Shown here: positions 20,289 to 30,931 of the stretch, in pieces | Layout of the letters: each line of letters begins with the position of its first letter | How positions within the stretch are numbered: position 1 is the first letter of the stretch | Source of the DNA: Hyphococcus sp. | GTDB taxonomy: Bacteria > Pseudomonadota > Alphaproteobacteria > Caulobacterales > Parvularculaceae | Direction of reading: 5' to 3' | Length of the DNA stretch: 64,000 nucleotides | NCBI GenBank assembly: GCA_021776455.1 | Contig: JAJFFX010000038.1 | Location: 1,060 to 65,059, forward strand | Position numbers and translations under genes: made by a program | The notes under the pieces: generated by a model | The model's input: only the letters and a program-made list of their open reading frames with translations | Told to the model about the DNA's origin: nothing | Database searches by the model: none

Positions 20289-21539
20289 ATGGTATTCAGT
20301 TACTCTGGAATAACGAACTACGGGAAGGTGACACTTCCCAGCACCGAGGCATACGGTACAGACATGAACATACTTAGGGATCCTCCAAAGTGGGTACATA
20401 CACGGAGGATTGATAAAGTTGGGGAAACCTCGGATATTACCGCTATGCGTGACGAGTCCGGTAATAGAGCCTGTGAGGGTATCAGACAATATGCAACGGG
20501 AGTTAACCCCATGGTCTCGGTATCGTACAGTAACGAAGGGAACAATGGAGGTGAGCGGTCTGGTGGTCTTACTGCCGGAGGTAGATCTCAAGCATTCTTG
20601 CCGTATAGAGTCATTCGAGATGGAGCATTCCGTCCTCCTGTGCTTACTCAGGAGCAGTTGCAACCTCAGTCTCGTCAGTCAAGGGTGTGGACAACGGCCT
20701 TCTCAAACCCGGACTTCCCAGATTTCTCCAGGAAAGTCCGAGTATGTGGAACAGATAAGAACTTCCGCGAAGTTAAGAACGAGACTCTTAAAGGGTCCGT
20801 TAGACCAACAGCAGTGTTTAGAATCGAGACGCCGCTTGTTGAGCCATATGAAGCTAAGTACGCTATCCAGAATCCCATCAAAACGTCTGCTGAGGCTGGA
20901 TTCAGAACATCAGATATCACAACTCAGTACGTACAGGAACCAACAAAAGAAACCCGAGATGTTCCTCTCCACGCTTATGCTAATCCTAACGCCAGCGAGA
21001 ACAGGTATGTTGATAATTCGCAGTTTAACCCAGAGAGGTATATACAAGACAGTAATGTACATGCTGCAAACACCAATCAGTCATCTCGGAGTAATGTAAC
21101 ATCCATCACAGATCTCGTTGATCTCTCCGATCTTCCTGTACGTAACATTCAGACAACAAGTCGGGACGCTCCGCTGAGTGGATATGAGAAGAATAATCTC
21201 CATCATCAACCCATCCATCTTGAACGATCTCTTCCCGAATATCAGGCAGAAACAAATAGGGGGCAAGACATATATAAGCCAATCAAACACGAGAATGTGA
21301 TCAGCTTTCAGCGGAATATGCCACTGGCCACTTGGGAGGCTAGCCATGTATCTCAAGGAGGATTTGACCACGGTTCTAGGGATTACCGCCTAGCGCCGAA
21401 AATTAGTCCGGGCGGTTATAACGCGCAGCCCCACCTTCCCATGCACGGTCGGATGCAGAACGTCCGAGAAGCTCCAATGACTCAACAGGCTCATCTTGGA
21501 CGAGCAGTATCACAACAGTTTGAAAGCCGATGGCCGTAA
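20289..21539 (+). CDS. Conserved Pimascovirales-type hypothetical protein
   Basis: KVTLPS..GTDMNILRDPPKWVHTRRIDKV N-terminus recalled from iridovirus/marseillevirus proteins; not verified. Confidence 0.7.
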   Translation: MVFSYSGITNYGKVTLPSTEAYGTDMNILRDPPKWVHTRRIDKVGETSDITAMRDESGNRACEGIRQYATGVNPMVSVSYSNEGNNGGERSGGLTAGGRSQAFLPYRVIRDGAFRPPVLTQEQLQPQSRQSRVWTTAFSNPDFPDFSRKVRVCGTDKNFREVKNETLKGSVRPTAVFRIETPLVEPYEAKYAIQNPIKTSAEAGFRTSDITTQYVQEPTKETRDVPLHAYANPNASENRYVDNSQFNPERYIQDSNVHAANTNQSSRSNVTSITDLVDLSDLPVRNIQTTSRDAPLSGYEKNNLHHQPIHLERSLPEYQAETNRGQDIYKPIKHENVISFQRNMPLATWEASHVSQGGFDHGSRDYRLAPKISPGGYNAQPHLPMHGRMQNVREAPMTQQAHLGRAVSQQFESRWP

Positions 21540-21557
21540 TTCTTCTATGTATAAGAA

Positions 21558-23138
21558 ATGGAGCGTGCACAGCAGGATTTTATACTGCGTACGTTGATGG
21601 AGCTTTCCGATCCATCAACATCGAAGTGCGCCTCTAATCCTGATGTCGAGTTTGTGCTTCGTGAGGGCCACCAGAACGGATCGGACATGGCAGAGGTGTC
21701 GAAGGCGATAAAGTCCGCATTGCTCACACAAGCCAAGATACCTCAGTATGGTGTGCATGGTCTATCCCAAGCTCTCCCAGGTCTTCATAAGCTTGGTGGG
21801 AGAAGCCGGGAGGGATTCGCATACACCATGAAAGTGTTAAACAGAAGAGTTACTATTGTAGTGAAGACACCACAGAAGGCGTCGAGGTACCGTGACGCTA
21901 TGCGGGAGTACGTCCTCGGAGTATCAGCTCTCAATTCTCTGCGAGACGTAATACCAACGGTGCTGTACACCCTTGGGGCATTCGCACATGAGAAGAAGGT
22001 GTATACGATGTATGAACATGTGCCAGGAAAAAGCATTAGGGAATTACTATTCAAGGAACAGATTAACTTCGAAAAATGGTTGTCCATGTTCGCCCAGTTA
22101 CTTCTTACTCTTGAGATAGCGCAACAACGTGTATCATTCACGCATTTCGACCTTCATAGCGAGAACGTCTTGACTAGGGACACTCACGGGTATGTAGTAC
22201 CGATGGACAACGATACCTATTGTGTTGAGGCTGGACTCTCCCCCGTGGTCATTGACTTTGGCCATGCATGTGCTAATGTAGGCGGTCGATGCGTTGGGTC
22301 CCACGAACATCCGAACCACGGCATGATAAGTTTCACTGTTCCTGGGAACGATATGTACAAGTTCCTCGTATCATCCCTGAATGCGGCAAAAGGTGGTACC
22401 CAGCGTCGAATAGCTAAGCTTTTCCAGTTCTATGGTGTGAATGATCCATACGACATCGTCTCGGACATCACTCATGTAACAAACGCAACGAACCAGTTTT
22501 GCCGTGAGGTCACTTTCAATGGAGTTGCAAGTCATACGCCGAAGGAGTTCCTTAACTGGGTTACAAGCAGGTACACAGTTAAGGGTTTCGTGAAGGAATC
22601 AAGGACAATGCATGTTCCCATACAAGTTCCAAAACTCGCGTGTGCCAAGAAGCTATATAGGGCTCTGGCTATCTCCCAACAATGCACATCGGGAGGTTGT
22701 ATTGTTCCTCTTATGTGCGCGTCCATACTTAAGAACTATAACGCTGAGCATAACATCGCTCATGTTGATACCGTCTTAAAAGCTCTGGAGACAGCACACC
22801 TAAATCCTGATCTTGATAAGAAGACGTTATCACGCGTGTTCGATGTACATGTTCCAGCGGAGGTTCCAAGTTCCATTCTCAATATTCCCATAAGGGCATC
22901 GCCAAAGCACAAGGTTCTTGACCTTGATGAGCTAGATATGTATATCAAGGAGATGAGTCCGTACCTGAAGATGTACTATATAATAGTCGAACTGAACATA
23001 ATAGCTTTTGACAGCTGGGTTCGAAACTTCAAAGAGTCCAAGCAGTTCATTTTTTACAAGGAAAACATCACGTTAATATCTCGTGTACTGCGGTGGGGGG
23101 ACGTGCTACGTTTGTCTACGGTTAGAAACAGGTTCTAA
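21558..23138 (+). CDS. Ser/Thr protein kinase
   Basis: IVVKTP, HFDLHSENV catalytic loop, IDFG. Confidence 0.85.
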   Translation: MERAQQDFILRTLMELSDPSTSKCASNPDVEFVLREGHQNGSDMAEVSKAIKSALLTQAKIPQYGVHGLSQALPGLHKLGGRSREGFAYTMKVLNRRVTIVVKTPQKASRYRDAMREYVLGVSALNSLRDVIPTVLYTLGAFAHEKKVYTMYEHVPGKSIRELLFKEQINFEKWLSMFAQLLLTLEIAQQRVSFTHFDLHSENVLTRDTHGYVVPMDNDTYCVEAGLSPVVIDFGHACANVGGRCVGSHEHPNHGMISFTVPGNDMYKFLVSSLNAAKGGTQRRIAKLFQFYGVNDPYDIVSDITHVTNATNQFCREVTFNGVASHTPKEFLNWVTSRYTVKGFVKESRTMHVPIQVPKLACAKKLYRALAISQQCTSGGCIVPLMCASILKNYNAEHNIAHVDTVLKALETAHLNPDLDKKTLSRVFDVHVPAEVPSSILNIPIRASPKHKVLDLDELDMYIKEMSPYLKMYYIIVELNIIAFDSWVRNFKESKQFIFYKENITLISRVLRWGDVLRLSTVRNRF

Positions 23139-23161
23139 GCAGAAGTAAAGAGTATCATAAA

Positions 23162-24610
23162 ATGAGCCACCCGTTTATGATAACCACACCGGATGATCTC
23201 AACTTTGACCTGTTTCCTCACCAACGAGCTAGTGCTTACGGCATTGAAAAACTTGAGGTAGACAAGGAGGTTGAAACAGCTGTAGGATTCGTGGAGACGC
23301 GAATAGGGATCTTTGGAGATCCTGCTGACAGTGGAAAGATTGATACGATGATCGCTGTGATATTGCGAGGTGGGATGATGTGGAATTCAGATATTCCGTA
23401 CACTAATGAGGACGTGGTGGAAAGTGCGGATGGGCTAATGGTCACCCACATAGTCACAAAGTTTGTTGCTTTGGATTGTACACTTGTATTAGTGAGCGCA
23501 CGTAGGCGGAAGATGTGGGAAGTAGCACTGAACCGCGCGAGCCTTAGGTATATCTACATTGACCCAAAGAAGCCGGTGAAGGAAGAACTCAACGGGTATG
23601 ACGTAGTTTTGGTGCAGGACAATGGATTCAACAAAGTTCTCAAAGCCTACAGGAAGTATGCGTGGAAACGATTCATTTTCGATGAATCGGACGAAGTGAC
23701 AGTACCCCGCATGATTAAACCAGAGGCTGGTTTTTGGTGGCTCGTTGCTTCGGATATCTCAAAGATCGGGAAGGTGCATCAAAGTTGCGGACAGTCCTGC
23801 ATGGCTAAGTTAGTTAGAACCCGGGGGGACTGGACCATGTTCGAAGAAACAGTAAAACCCGTGACCATCAAGACTCCAATTGCGGCCTTTCATGAGTCCA
23901 TTCATATGCGTCCAGAGAGATTTGAGCATTTATATTACCAGCCAACGTGTACTAACTACGTCTCATCTCTTGTCGAAGAGGGAGACATTCGTAGCGCTAT
24001 CCAGTATCTAGGAGGAGAATGTACGTCAGATATTGTAGAAACTATGAAGAAGAGACACCATCTCTCTGACAAAGAGAAGGAAGAGTTAGATGTTAAGTTT
24101 GAGGAAAGACTAACCGGACTTTGTAACATTTGCCTCGAAACATTGATTGAGCCTGTTCTAGAGCCGGGATGTCAAAACATCTTTTGCGGAGCGTGCCTCC
24201 TCACATGGCTCAAGGACAACGATGGATGTCCAGTATGTCGATCCGAGGTTACTAGGAGCAAGCTGCTATATATTGACAATGGGACTTCTTCCAAAGCTAT
24301 GAGGACCAGATCGATGATAAACGTTGTTACCGGCATTATACAGTCCGATCCATCTGGGAATTACCTAGTGGCGGCTTCAAGTAAGAGTTACGTCGCCCTA
24401 ATGCAAGAGACCGTGCGCTGCTTTAGCAACGTCACGGTTGTTACACCCAGTAGTAGATGCCTGATGACGGAAGTCACTGACCTTGTCATAGTCGAGACTT
24501 TGTCAGACGAGAATATGACAAAGGTAATAGGAATGACTGGCGGGATGGGAAGAGTTCAACCAGTTCGGATACACCAGCTTACTTTGGGTCAACGAACTGA
24601 ATTCGAATAG
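23162..24610 (+). CDS. Degenerate SNF2-like helicase with RING finger
   Basis: LFPHQ, GDPADSGK, WKRFIFDE; C3-type RING CNIC...CQNIFCGAC...CPVCR. Confidence 0.8.
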   Translation: MSHPFMITTPDDLNFDLFPHQRASAYGIEKLEVDKEVETAVGFVETRIGIFGDPADSGKIDTMIAVILRGGMMWNSDIPYTNEDVVESADGLMVTHIVTKFVALDCTLVLVSARRRKMWEVALNRASLRYIYIDPKKPVKEELNGYDVVLVQDNGFNKVLKAYRKYAWKRFIFDESDEVTVPRMIKPEAGFWWLVASDISKIGKVHQSCGQSCMAKLVRTRGDWTMFEETVKPVTIKTPIAAFHESIHMRPERFEHLYYQPTCTNYVSSLVEEGDIRSAIQYLGGECTSDIVETMKKRHHLSDKEKEELDVKFEERLTGLCNICLETLIEPVLEPGCQNIFCGACLLTWLKDNDGCPVCRSEVTRSKLLYIDNGTSSKAMRTRSMINVVTGIIQSDPSGNYLVAASSKSYVALMQETVRCFSNVTVVTPSSRCLMTEVTDLVIVETLSDENMTKVIGMTGGMGRVQPVRIHQLTLGQRTEFE

Positions 24611-24846
24611 TGTCTGTAAACAAGCATGGAAGAGGTTATCAAGACGATAAACGAGACAATGTATGCAAGAACTCCCATCCAGAATCCGGTGTTGACGAAT
24701 TTCACCGTCATATGACAAGCAGATTCAAACTTTCCCGGCGCATCATATTGTCTGGACGCCATCCTTAGCCTTATGAACATGGCTATCATCCAGGCAGACT
24801 TGATTGTCAAGAACAGAGCAATCAAGAGCGTGAGCTGAGCGAGCAT
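24589..24846 (-). CDS. Small 2-TM protein
   Basis: Two hydrophobic helices; TAAATG start overlapping the upstream stop. Confidence 0.55.
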   Translation of the reverse strand: MLAQLTLLIALFLTIKSAWMIAMFIRLRMASRQYDAPGKFESACHMTVKFVNTGFWMGVLAYIVSFIVLITSSMLVYRHYSNSVR

Positions 24847-25383
24847 TTATCCATGGGATGATTTTCTGTTACTTAGCAAGATAAGTGTGATCAGGATAGC
24901 TCCAATCCCTCCTAGGATCCCAAGAATCCAAGGTAGATTGAGACCCTTATGGGTTGGCGAATGAGTCGGGGATACCGCAGGAGCACCCGCTTTAGTGGGT
25001 GGAGTATCCTTTATGGGAGGGGGCTGTTGCGGACTTCCGGCGGGGAGTCCGTCCATGTCCAGAAGCTCAATCCGACCGAGGGACGTCGGTAGTGGGTACC
25101 CTTCCCACGGTGCTTCAAGAGTGATGACATACAATCCTGTCTTAACGTAGTAATTAGGCCGACATGAGGGTGTAACTGAGCTCCTATCCACAGTCCCCCG
25201 TAGCTTTCTGCCGTCGTAGCTTTTTCCAGTACCTTCAATCCCTACGGTTATTTTATAGTTGTTCTTGCGGATGTACGATATGAACTCAGCATCGGGCTCG
25301 ATGTAGATCATTGGAAAGATGGCGAGTTTCGAGCTCGAGAACTGAACTGGATCCCAGCGTTTGATCGGATATTGAACGACCAT
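24847..25383 (-). CDS. Membrane-anchored hypothetical protein
   Basis: Pro-rich linker and C-terminal TM helix. Confidence 0.6.
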   Translation of the reverse strand: MVVQYPIKRWDPVQFSSSKLAIFPMIYIEPDAEFISYIRKNNYKITVGIEGTGKSYDGRKLRGTVDRSSVTPSCRPNYYVKTGLYVITLEAPWEGYPLPTSLGRIELLDMDGLPAGSPQQPPPIKDTPPTKAGAPAVSPTHSPTHKGLNLPWILGILGGIGAILITLILLSNRKSSHG

Positions 25384-25443
25384 TCTCTTTATCACAACTG
25401 AGGAAAAATAGTCGCCTAAAGATCTTGCTTGACAGTAAAAAGC

Positions 25444-25794
25444 ATGGCATCGATTGTCGGATATATAACAGAGGTGGATTCCCTTGATATTGAGATCAAG
25501 AGATTGAATACAACTCTTCGAGGACTAAGAAAGCAGAAGGCAGCTGCCGAGGCATTCATCGCTAACTACTTTAAATCAAACGGTCTCCCTGGGGGGAAAT
25601 TCAGAGGAAAGGAAATCCGTTTAGTAAGTAAGAATACACGAGCACGGAAAAGCGTGAAGGACAAGGAGTCTGACGCGATGAGTGTGCTCCGCGATGAAGG
25701 CGTTCGTGATCCTGAGGGTCTCCTAGAGCGATTGCATGAAGCTCAAAGAGGAGACGAGGTCGAAAGTTACAAGGTCCGTATTCGAAAGATGTAG
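25444..25794 (+). CDS. Small basic coiled-coil NCLDV protein
   Basis: LDIEIKRLN..LRGLRKQK coiled coil with basic C-terminus. Confidence 0.65.
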   Translation: MASIVGYITEVDSLDIEIKRLNTTLRGLRKQKAAAEAFIANYFKSNGLPGGKFRGKEIRLVSKNTRARKSVKDKESDAMSVLRDEGVRDPEGLLERLHEAQRGDEVESYKVRIRKM

Positions 25795-25843
25795 GGAAAT
25801 TGAATTTTAAGCACCAGTGCTTAAAATTTAAGTGAGACTATAA

Positions 25844-28800
25844 ATGACTACCACAGCGTTACTTCATGATCCACCTGCGTTCTTGGACAGTCAGGAATCT
25901 TGTGTTGCATATACGGAAGCGAGGAAGAGAAAACAGGGAACAGAAACGTGGGACGAGTTTAACGCCCGCACCATCACAAACCCAAGGTATAGGGAATTTC
26001 GTCAGTCTGTGTTCCATGCCGGTGACGCTGATCAGTTCGAACAATTTAGAGACCAAACTAATGGAGATGTTTGCCTTGAACATATTACCACTAGTAAGTT
26101 GTTTGAAGGGTGGAATCTCGATGAATGGGAGGGCTACAAGTCACCACCAGCCACAGCATGTCAAACCACGTTCGACTATATATTCCACAAGTTTAAGAAG
26201 GGCATTTTTGTCAAGATCGCTGGCGGCAAGCTCAAGGTCTTTTTACCCTTTTCAAAGAATAGGTTCCGTAACGAGTGGGGTGATAGGATTAAAGCTGACC
26301 CTGTAAAACACAGGGATGTAATGGCCTTCCTTCAGTATGTGAACAACTTGACGAATATCGAGAGGAAGAAGGCTGGCGTGTTCGAGTATCCTTTCAAGAG
26401 AGATAAAATCAGTACAGACACTTCAGCCTGGTATGCAAACAACTGCATCGTCAGGTTTGAAAATCCGATAAACGAAGGTGACAGCAATGTGCTCAATGTA
26501 AAGAATATGCTAGAGACGCTGTGCAACGAACGGGAACTCCCTGATATAGAGTTCTTTATGAACAGGCGCGACTTTCCTCTTCTTACTATAGACGGTACAG
26601 AACCATATGACGCCATATTTGGACCGTCCCAACCGCTTCTTTCTCATTCATATGACAGATACCTTCCCATCTTATCTATGTCAAAGACAGACAAATATGC
26701 TGATGTTCTTGCTCCGACGCATGAGGACTGGGCTCGGGTACAGAGCAAAGCGGGCAAGTGGTTCCCACCATGCAAGAGGTACGATGGTAACTTCTCGATG
26801 CCATGGCATGATAAGAAACCTACTGCTGTCTTCAGGGGTGGTACAACGGGATGTGGTGTAACAATCGACACAAATCCGCGTCTGAAGCTCGCCTATATCG
26901 CATCCGTTACCCCGCCTGGACCCGACGGGGTTCCGATGCTTGACGCCGGCATCACCTCGTTCAACCTAAGACCAAGAAAGGTGTCGGGGGAACCATATCT
27001 TCAAACTATAGAACCAGCGAATCTCCCGTTCAGTACTGTAGGTAGATTGTCACCTGAAGAACAATCAACGTACAAGTATATAATAAATGTAGACGGTCAC
27101 GTCTCCGCCTTTCGTTTATCATACGAAATGAGCATGGGGTCAACCATCATGCTAGTCGGATCTCCATGGAGAATATGGTTCACCACCATGCTTGAACCAT
27201 ACGTCCACTATGTACCGGTTCTTCACGACATGTCAGACCTCGTTGAGAAGGTTATATGGTGCCGGGAGCATGATAAGGAGTGTGAGGAGATTGCAGCTAA
27301 TGCCTTATCCTTCTTCAACACATACTTACAGAAGGATGGAATTCTAGACTACATGCAGAAAACTCTTGTCGACCTTAAAACAGAGATCGGTGTGTACCTC
27401 TACAACGTCGTGACACCTCTTACCGCACAGCTGTCAGAAGAACAGGCAGCTATCAGTAAGCCCTGGTTCCCTGAGACCGATCGGGACCTATCATCAATCA
27501 CGACGGTCCCGCGGGGAGGACGAACATACGGATCGCTTCGTGGTCTCCAATGGGTAGTCAACATGGTCATCGCGTCTGAGGCGTTCACAAGTCTAGCTTC
27601 ACCATTGAGCACTATTTTCACCAACAAGCTTGGTGTTGTCCGAGGTTATTCCCTAGCAGGGGCTGCCTTCGCTGTGAAGTCGACAAAAGATCCTTACAAG
27701 ACACGAGAGCACATTCATGAGACATACATCGCCATGAAGGAGACTAACAATCTACTCAGGAGTATCCCCAACTTCGTCTATATATATGGGTCATTCGTCG
27801 AGGACAGTACGTACAATGTGATCACCGAGTATGTCCCAGGTGAAAGCCTGGGATCGTATATCAATGGACCAAGCTTTGATTTCCACGAATTCCTAATGAT
27901 TCTATTACAGATCTGTCTAGCTCTGGAGGTCGCTCAGAACCGCTGTGGGTTCGTACATTGGGACCTTCTGCCATGGAACGTGATGCTACAATCAAGGAGT
28001 ACTCCCGTTTCCTTTGACTACCTCCTCGAGGACGGTACAATCTACAGGGTCGATACCCGGCTCGTCCCTATAATCATTGATTACGGAAAAGCACATGTCA
28101 TTCATAAGCAACAACACCACGGGCTTATCAACATGTATAGAACAAGTACTGTACAGGACCCTATGTCTATAGTAGCGCGCTCCGTTGCCGATATATTAAA
28201 GCGGAACAACGATAGAAGAAACTCCTTCCGTCTGCCAGCTCAGGATCTCACATCACTCTTTCGTCTCTCTGAATTCATCATCGGTCCAAACCATGGTCTC
28301 AATGTGCATGAATTAGAGCATCGGATGGTAGAAGAGGCTCGTTATCAAAACCTAACCGGATCTAGTAAGGGTGATCTCGAGAAGCTAGGACCGTTAGACT
28401 TACTCAATCATATTCAAAAACTCAACTACAAGTTCCCGGTCACAACTGTAAAGATGTACAACGCGGCTATGGACCGAGATAACTCCCGACAAGTCTTTGA
28501 CTACATTCTGTCCCCAACTGTAAACGACCAAGCCAAAAGTTATCTAGATGTATTCAGGCGTCTCCAGCTCTGCACCATCCCAATGCCGACAAACCTCTTT
28601 TTTGTCTACTACGTCGCACAGACATTATACGACAGTCTACTCTCGGTCAGAAACAACATGATCTCGTTCTCAAAGAGAAACAAACTAGATGCCGAACCCT
28701 TTAACAAGGCCTTCGAGGAATCAGCAGCCTACTTACAAGACTGGTACGGAAAAGCCATCGCGGAAAGTCCAGTCACCAGCGTACGATATCTTCCGCCAAA

Positions 28801-29203
28801 GTTCCCAAGTCTGATACCGGCCCCCTACACAGAGGAAACATTCCTTCAACCTTCCAAGGTCTTAGAGTTGGATGAATTGCATGACTCATCCGAGGATGTA
28901 GATTTATCTGACTACAAGGAGATGATCCAGCTCATCCTGGTCAACAACGGAGTATACAAGTTAAACGATGAACACAGGAAGTACTACAGGTCGAACTTCT
29001 CTGAGTTGCTGAGAGTCTCGGGGGTGAACATGCTCAATAACACAGCAACGCAACCTACTTTGCACTCTGTGATCTCACGAGTGTACACACAAGACCTTGA
29101 AACACTCACACAGGAGCTCGATGACCGAGACTGTGACGATGCTGAAATGTATATCAAGTTGTACAAAGAGCTCATCCAAACAGTCGATAATTCGAAAAAA
29201 TAA
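25844..29203 (+). CDS. Glycosyltransferase family 90 (CAP10)-protein kinase fusion
   Basis: AVFRGGTTGCG, YKYIINVDGHVSAFRL, PYVHYVPV (GT90); HWDLLPWNV and IIDYGK (kinase). This architecture is known from iridoviruses. Confidence 0.9.
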   Translation: MTTTALLHDPPAFLDSQESCVAYTEARKRKQGTETWDEFNARTITNPRYREFRQSVFHAGDADQFEQFRDQTNGDVCLEHITTSKLFEGWNLDEWEGYKSPPATACQTTFDYIFHKFKKGIFVKIAGGKLKVFLPFSKNRFRNEWGDRIKADPVKHRDVMAFLQYVNNLTNIERKKAGVFEYPFKRDKISTDTSAWYANNCIVRFENPINEGDSNVLNVKNMLETLCNERELPDIEFFMNRRDFPLLTIDGTEPYDAIFGPSQPLLSHSYDRYLPILSMSKTDKYADVLAPTHEDWARVQSKAGKWFPPCKRYDGNFSMPWHDKKPTAVFRGGTTGCGVTIDTNPRLKLAYIASVTPPGPDGVPMLDAGITSFNLRPRKVSGEPYLQTIEPANLPFSTVGRLSPEEQSTYKYIINVDGHVSAFRLSYEMSMGSTIMLVGSPWRIWFTTMLEPYVHYVPVLHDMSDLVEKVIWCREHDKECEEIAANALSFFNTYLQKDGILDYMQKTLVDLKTEIGVYLYNVVTPLTAQLSEEQAAISKPWFPETDRDLSSITTVPRGGRTYGSLRGLQWVVNMVIASEAFTSLASPLSTIFTNKLGVVRGYSLAGAAFAVKSTKDPYKTREHIHETYIAMKETNNLLRSIPNFVYIYGSFVEDSTYNVITEYVPGESLGSYINGPSFDFHEFLMILLQICLALEVAQNRCGFVHWDLLPWNVMLQSRSTPVSFDYLLEDGTIYRVDTRLVPIIIDYGKAHVIHKQQHHGLINMYRTSTVQDPMSIVARSVADILKRNNDRRNSFRLPAQDLTSLFRLSEFIIGPNHGLNVHELEHRMVEEARYQNLTGSSKGDLEKLGPLDLLNHIQKLNYKFPVTTVKMYNAAMDRDNSRQVFDYILSPTVNDQAKSYLDVFRRLQLCTIPMPTNLFFVYYVAQTLYDSLLSVRNNMISFSKRNKLDAEPFNKAFEESAAYLQDWYGKAIAESPVTSVRYLPPKFPSLIPAPYTEETFLQPSKVLELDELHDSSEDVDLSDYKEMIQLILVNNGVYKLNDEHRKYYRSNFSELLRVSGVNMLNNTATQPTLHSVISRVYTQDLETLTQELDDRDCDDAEMYIKLYKELIQTVDNSKK

Positions 29204-29226
29204 CTTCCTGACGAGTAATAAACACT

Positions 29227-30129
29227 ATGAACGGAGAAGTTTTGCTTACGACACTAGTCGGTTTGATTGTCGCATCGGCCGCCTTTTGCCACATGAACAA
29301 GAAGAACACACAAGAAGGTTTCGAGGGACTTAACACCGGGTTTAGGACCTGGAAAGTTGACAAGATCATCGCAAAGGACCACAACGCCGCCCAAAAGGGT
29401 GACTTTGTCTCGATCCCCAATTTCCAAGCAACCTTAGCCCCACGATTCTCCGGGATGGAAAGCTACGGTGCCAACATCCGATACAACATGCCAGAGAAGA
29501 AACATCAAGGCGTACCTTGTCATCCTCTAACGTTTGCTGCGCATGCTGGTAACACACAAGAGGGCTTTTCACAGGAGAACATGACATGTGGTCAGCAAGG
29601 CTGTGGGTCCGGAGTTGCTGACTGTGGGCGCGGAGGAGTACAAGATCCAATGACTTTCGGGAATCCACCCCCACCAGCCGATTACGCTGCTGGCAACTAT
29701 GACGAAATGATCCAAAAGGCTCACTCCCAGCATGGTGAAGCACCGGCTGAATCGACCGTTCCTGTTGGCGATATGACAGTTGTTGACGCTATGGGACAGA
29801 CTGTCCAACCCATTGTGTATGACCGATACATCTATGCAAATAGGAACAGTCGCCTCAGGAGTCTCGGAGACATGATCCGTGGGGACCTGCCGATTGTACC
29901 ATGTGCCGCAGAATGGTTCCGACCATCTGTACATCCTCACATCGACCTACAACAGGGTGCTCTTAACGTCGTTGCAGGCTGGGGTAATGACACCGCGCAG
30001 GCTACAGCAGCACTTATCCACGCTTCGTCTGGAAACGCAGATACTACCATTGCGGGCGCTGATGTATCAAGTCAGTTCGTAGGTTCGACTGGCCTCGATG
30101 GATCCGTCCAAATTCAAGGCTTTGCATAG
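29227..30129 (+). CDS. Conserved iridovirus-type membrane-anchored protein
   Basis: N-terminal TM; SRLRSLGDMIRGDLPIVP motif. Confidence 0.7.
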   Translation: MNGEVLLTTLVGLIVASAAFCHMNKKNTQEGFEGLNTGFRTWKVDKIIAKDHNAAQKGDFVSIPNFQATLAPRFSGMESYGANIRYNMPEKKHQGVPCHPLTFAAHAGNTQEGFSQENMTCGQQGCGSGVADCGRGGVQDPMTFGNPPPPADYAAGNYDEMIQKAHSQHGEAPAESTVPVGDMTVVDAMGQTVQPIVYDRYIYANRNSRLRSLGDMIRGDLPIVPCAAEWFRPSVHPHIDLQQGALNVVAGWGNDTAQATAALIHASSGNADTTIAGADVSSQFVGSTGLDGSVQIQGFA

Positions 30130-30211
30130 TCAACTACTATACGAGTATATCCACACGGAGGGTAAGTGATAAACTGATTTTATTTGTTTGACCAACTTGA
30201 TCAAACAAACT

Positions 30212-30346
30212 ATGACCTTCTACAAAGCTTTCGGTAAAGATCTCTGTTGTAGGAAACTGCAATTCTCCATTACGCTGGATGGCCTATGCAAGACGTGGTA
30301 CGAAAAACGGTCAACTGGAACACGAGTACGCCTACAAGGACGATAA
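30212..30346 (+). pseudogene. Internally deleted stub of the array unit
   Basis: MTFYKAFGKDLCCRKLQFSI jumps directly into a last MORN repeat (LDGLCKTWYE), then shifts frame at GAAAAACGG. Confidence 0.75.
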
Positions 30347-30393
30347 GGTGTGTAATTGATTTTATTTGCTTGACCAACTTGATCAAACAAACT

Positions 30394-30897
30394 ATGACTT
30401 TCTACAAAGCCTTCAACAAAGATCTCTGCTGCAGAGGACTGCAATTCTCTATTGGAGAGACTACGTCCGTTGAAGGAGAGATAGAGATGTGTAAGAACGG
30501 TATTCACTGTTGTAAGGAGGCTCTTTCATGTCTTCAATATTACGATCCGGATGATTCTCTCTTTTGTGAGGTGGTACCCTCTGGTGAAATGATTACTAAG
30601 GGAAATAAGACTGTTTGTAGAAGCATTACTGTGGTTAGAGAGATTGTAGGAGAAGAGCTCTCCGCTCTCCTTACAGGGCAATGCAAAGGCTGGTGGAGGA
30701 ACGGTCAGCTTGCGCATGAGTGTACCTACAAGGATGGTAAAAAGGAGGGTACAGACAAGCAGTGGTACGAGAACGGTCAGCTTGCGCATGAGTGTACCTA
30801 CAAGGATGGTAAGATGGATGGTCTATGCAAGGAGTGGTACGCAAACGGTCGACTGCAGGATGAGTGGACATTCAAGGATGGTAAAATGTATAATTGA
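30394..30897 (+). CDS. Array unit 1: YKAF (DUF7666-like) domain + about 3 MORN-variant repeats, 167 aa
   Basis: MTFYKAFNKDLCCRGLQF...GIHCC...FCEV; WYENGQL..ECTYKDGK repeats. True start is the ATG after the junction. Confidence 0.85.
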   Translation: MTFYKAFNKDLCCRGLQFSIGETTSVEGEIEMCKNGIHCCKEALSCLQYYDPDDSLFCEVVPSGEMITKGNKTVCRSITVVREIVGEELSALLTGQCKGWWRNGQLAHECTYKDGKKEGTDKQWYENGQLAHECTYKDGKMDGLCKEWYANGRLQDEWTFKDGKMYN

Positions 30898-30931
30898 TTT
30901 TATTTGCTTGATTAACTTGATCAAACAAACT

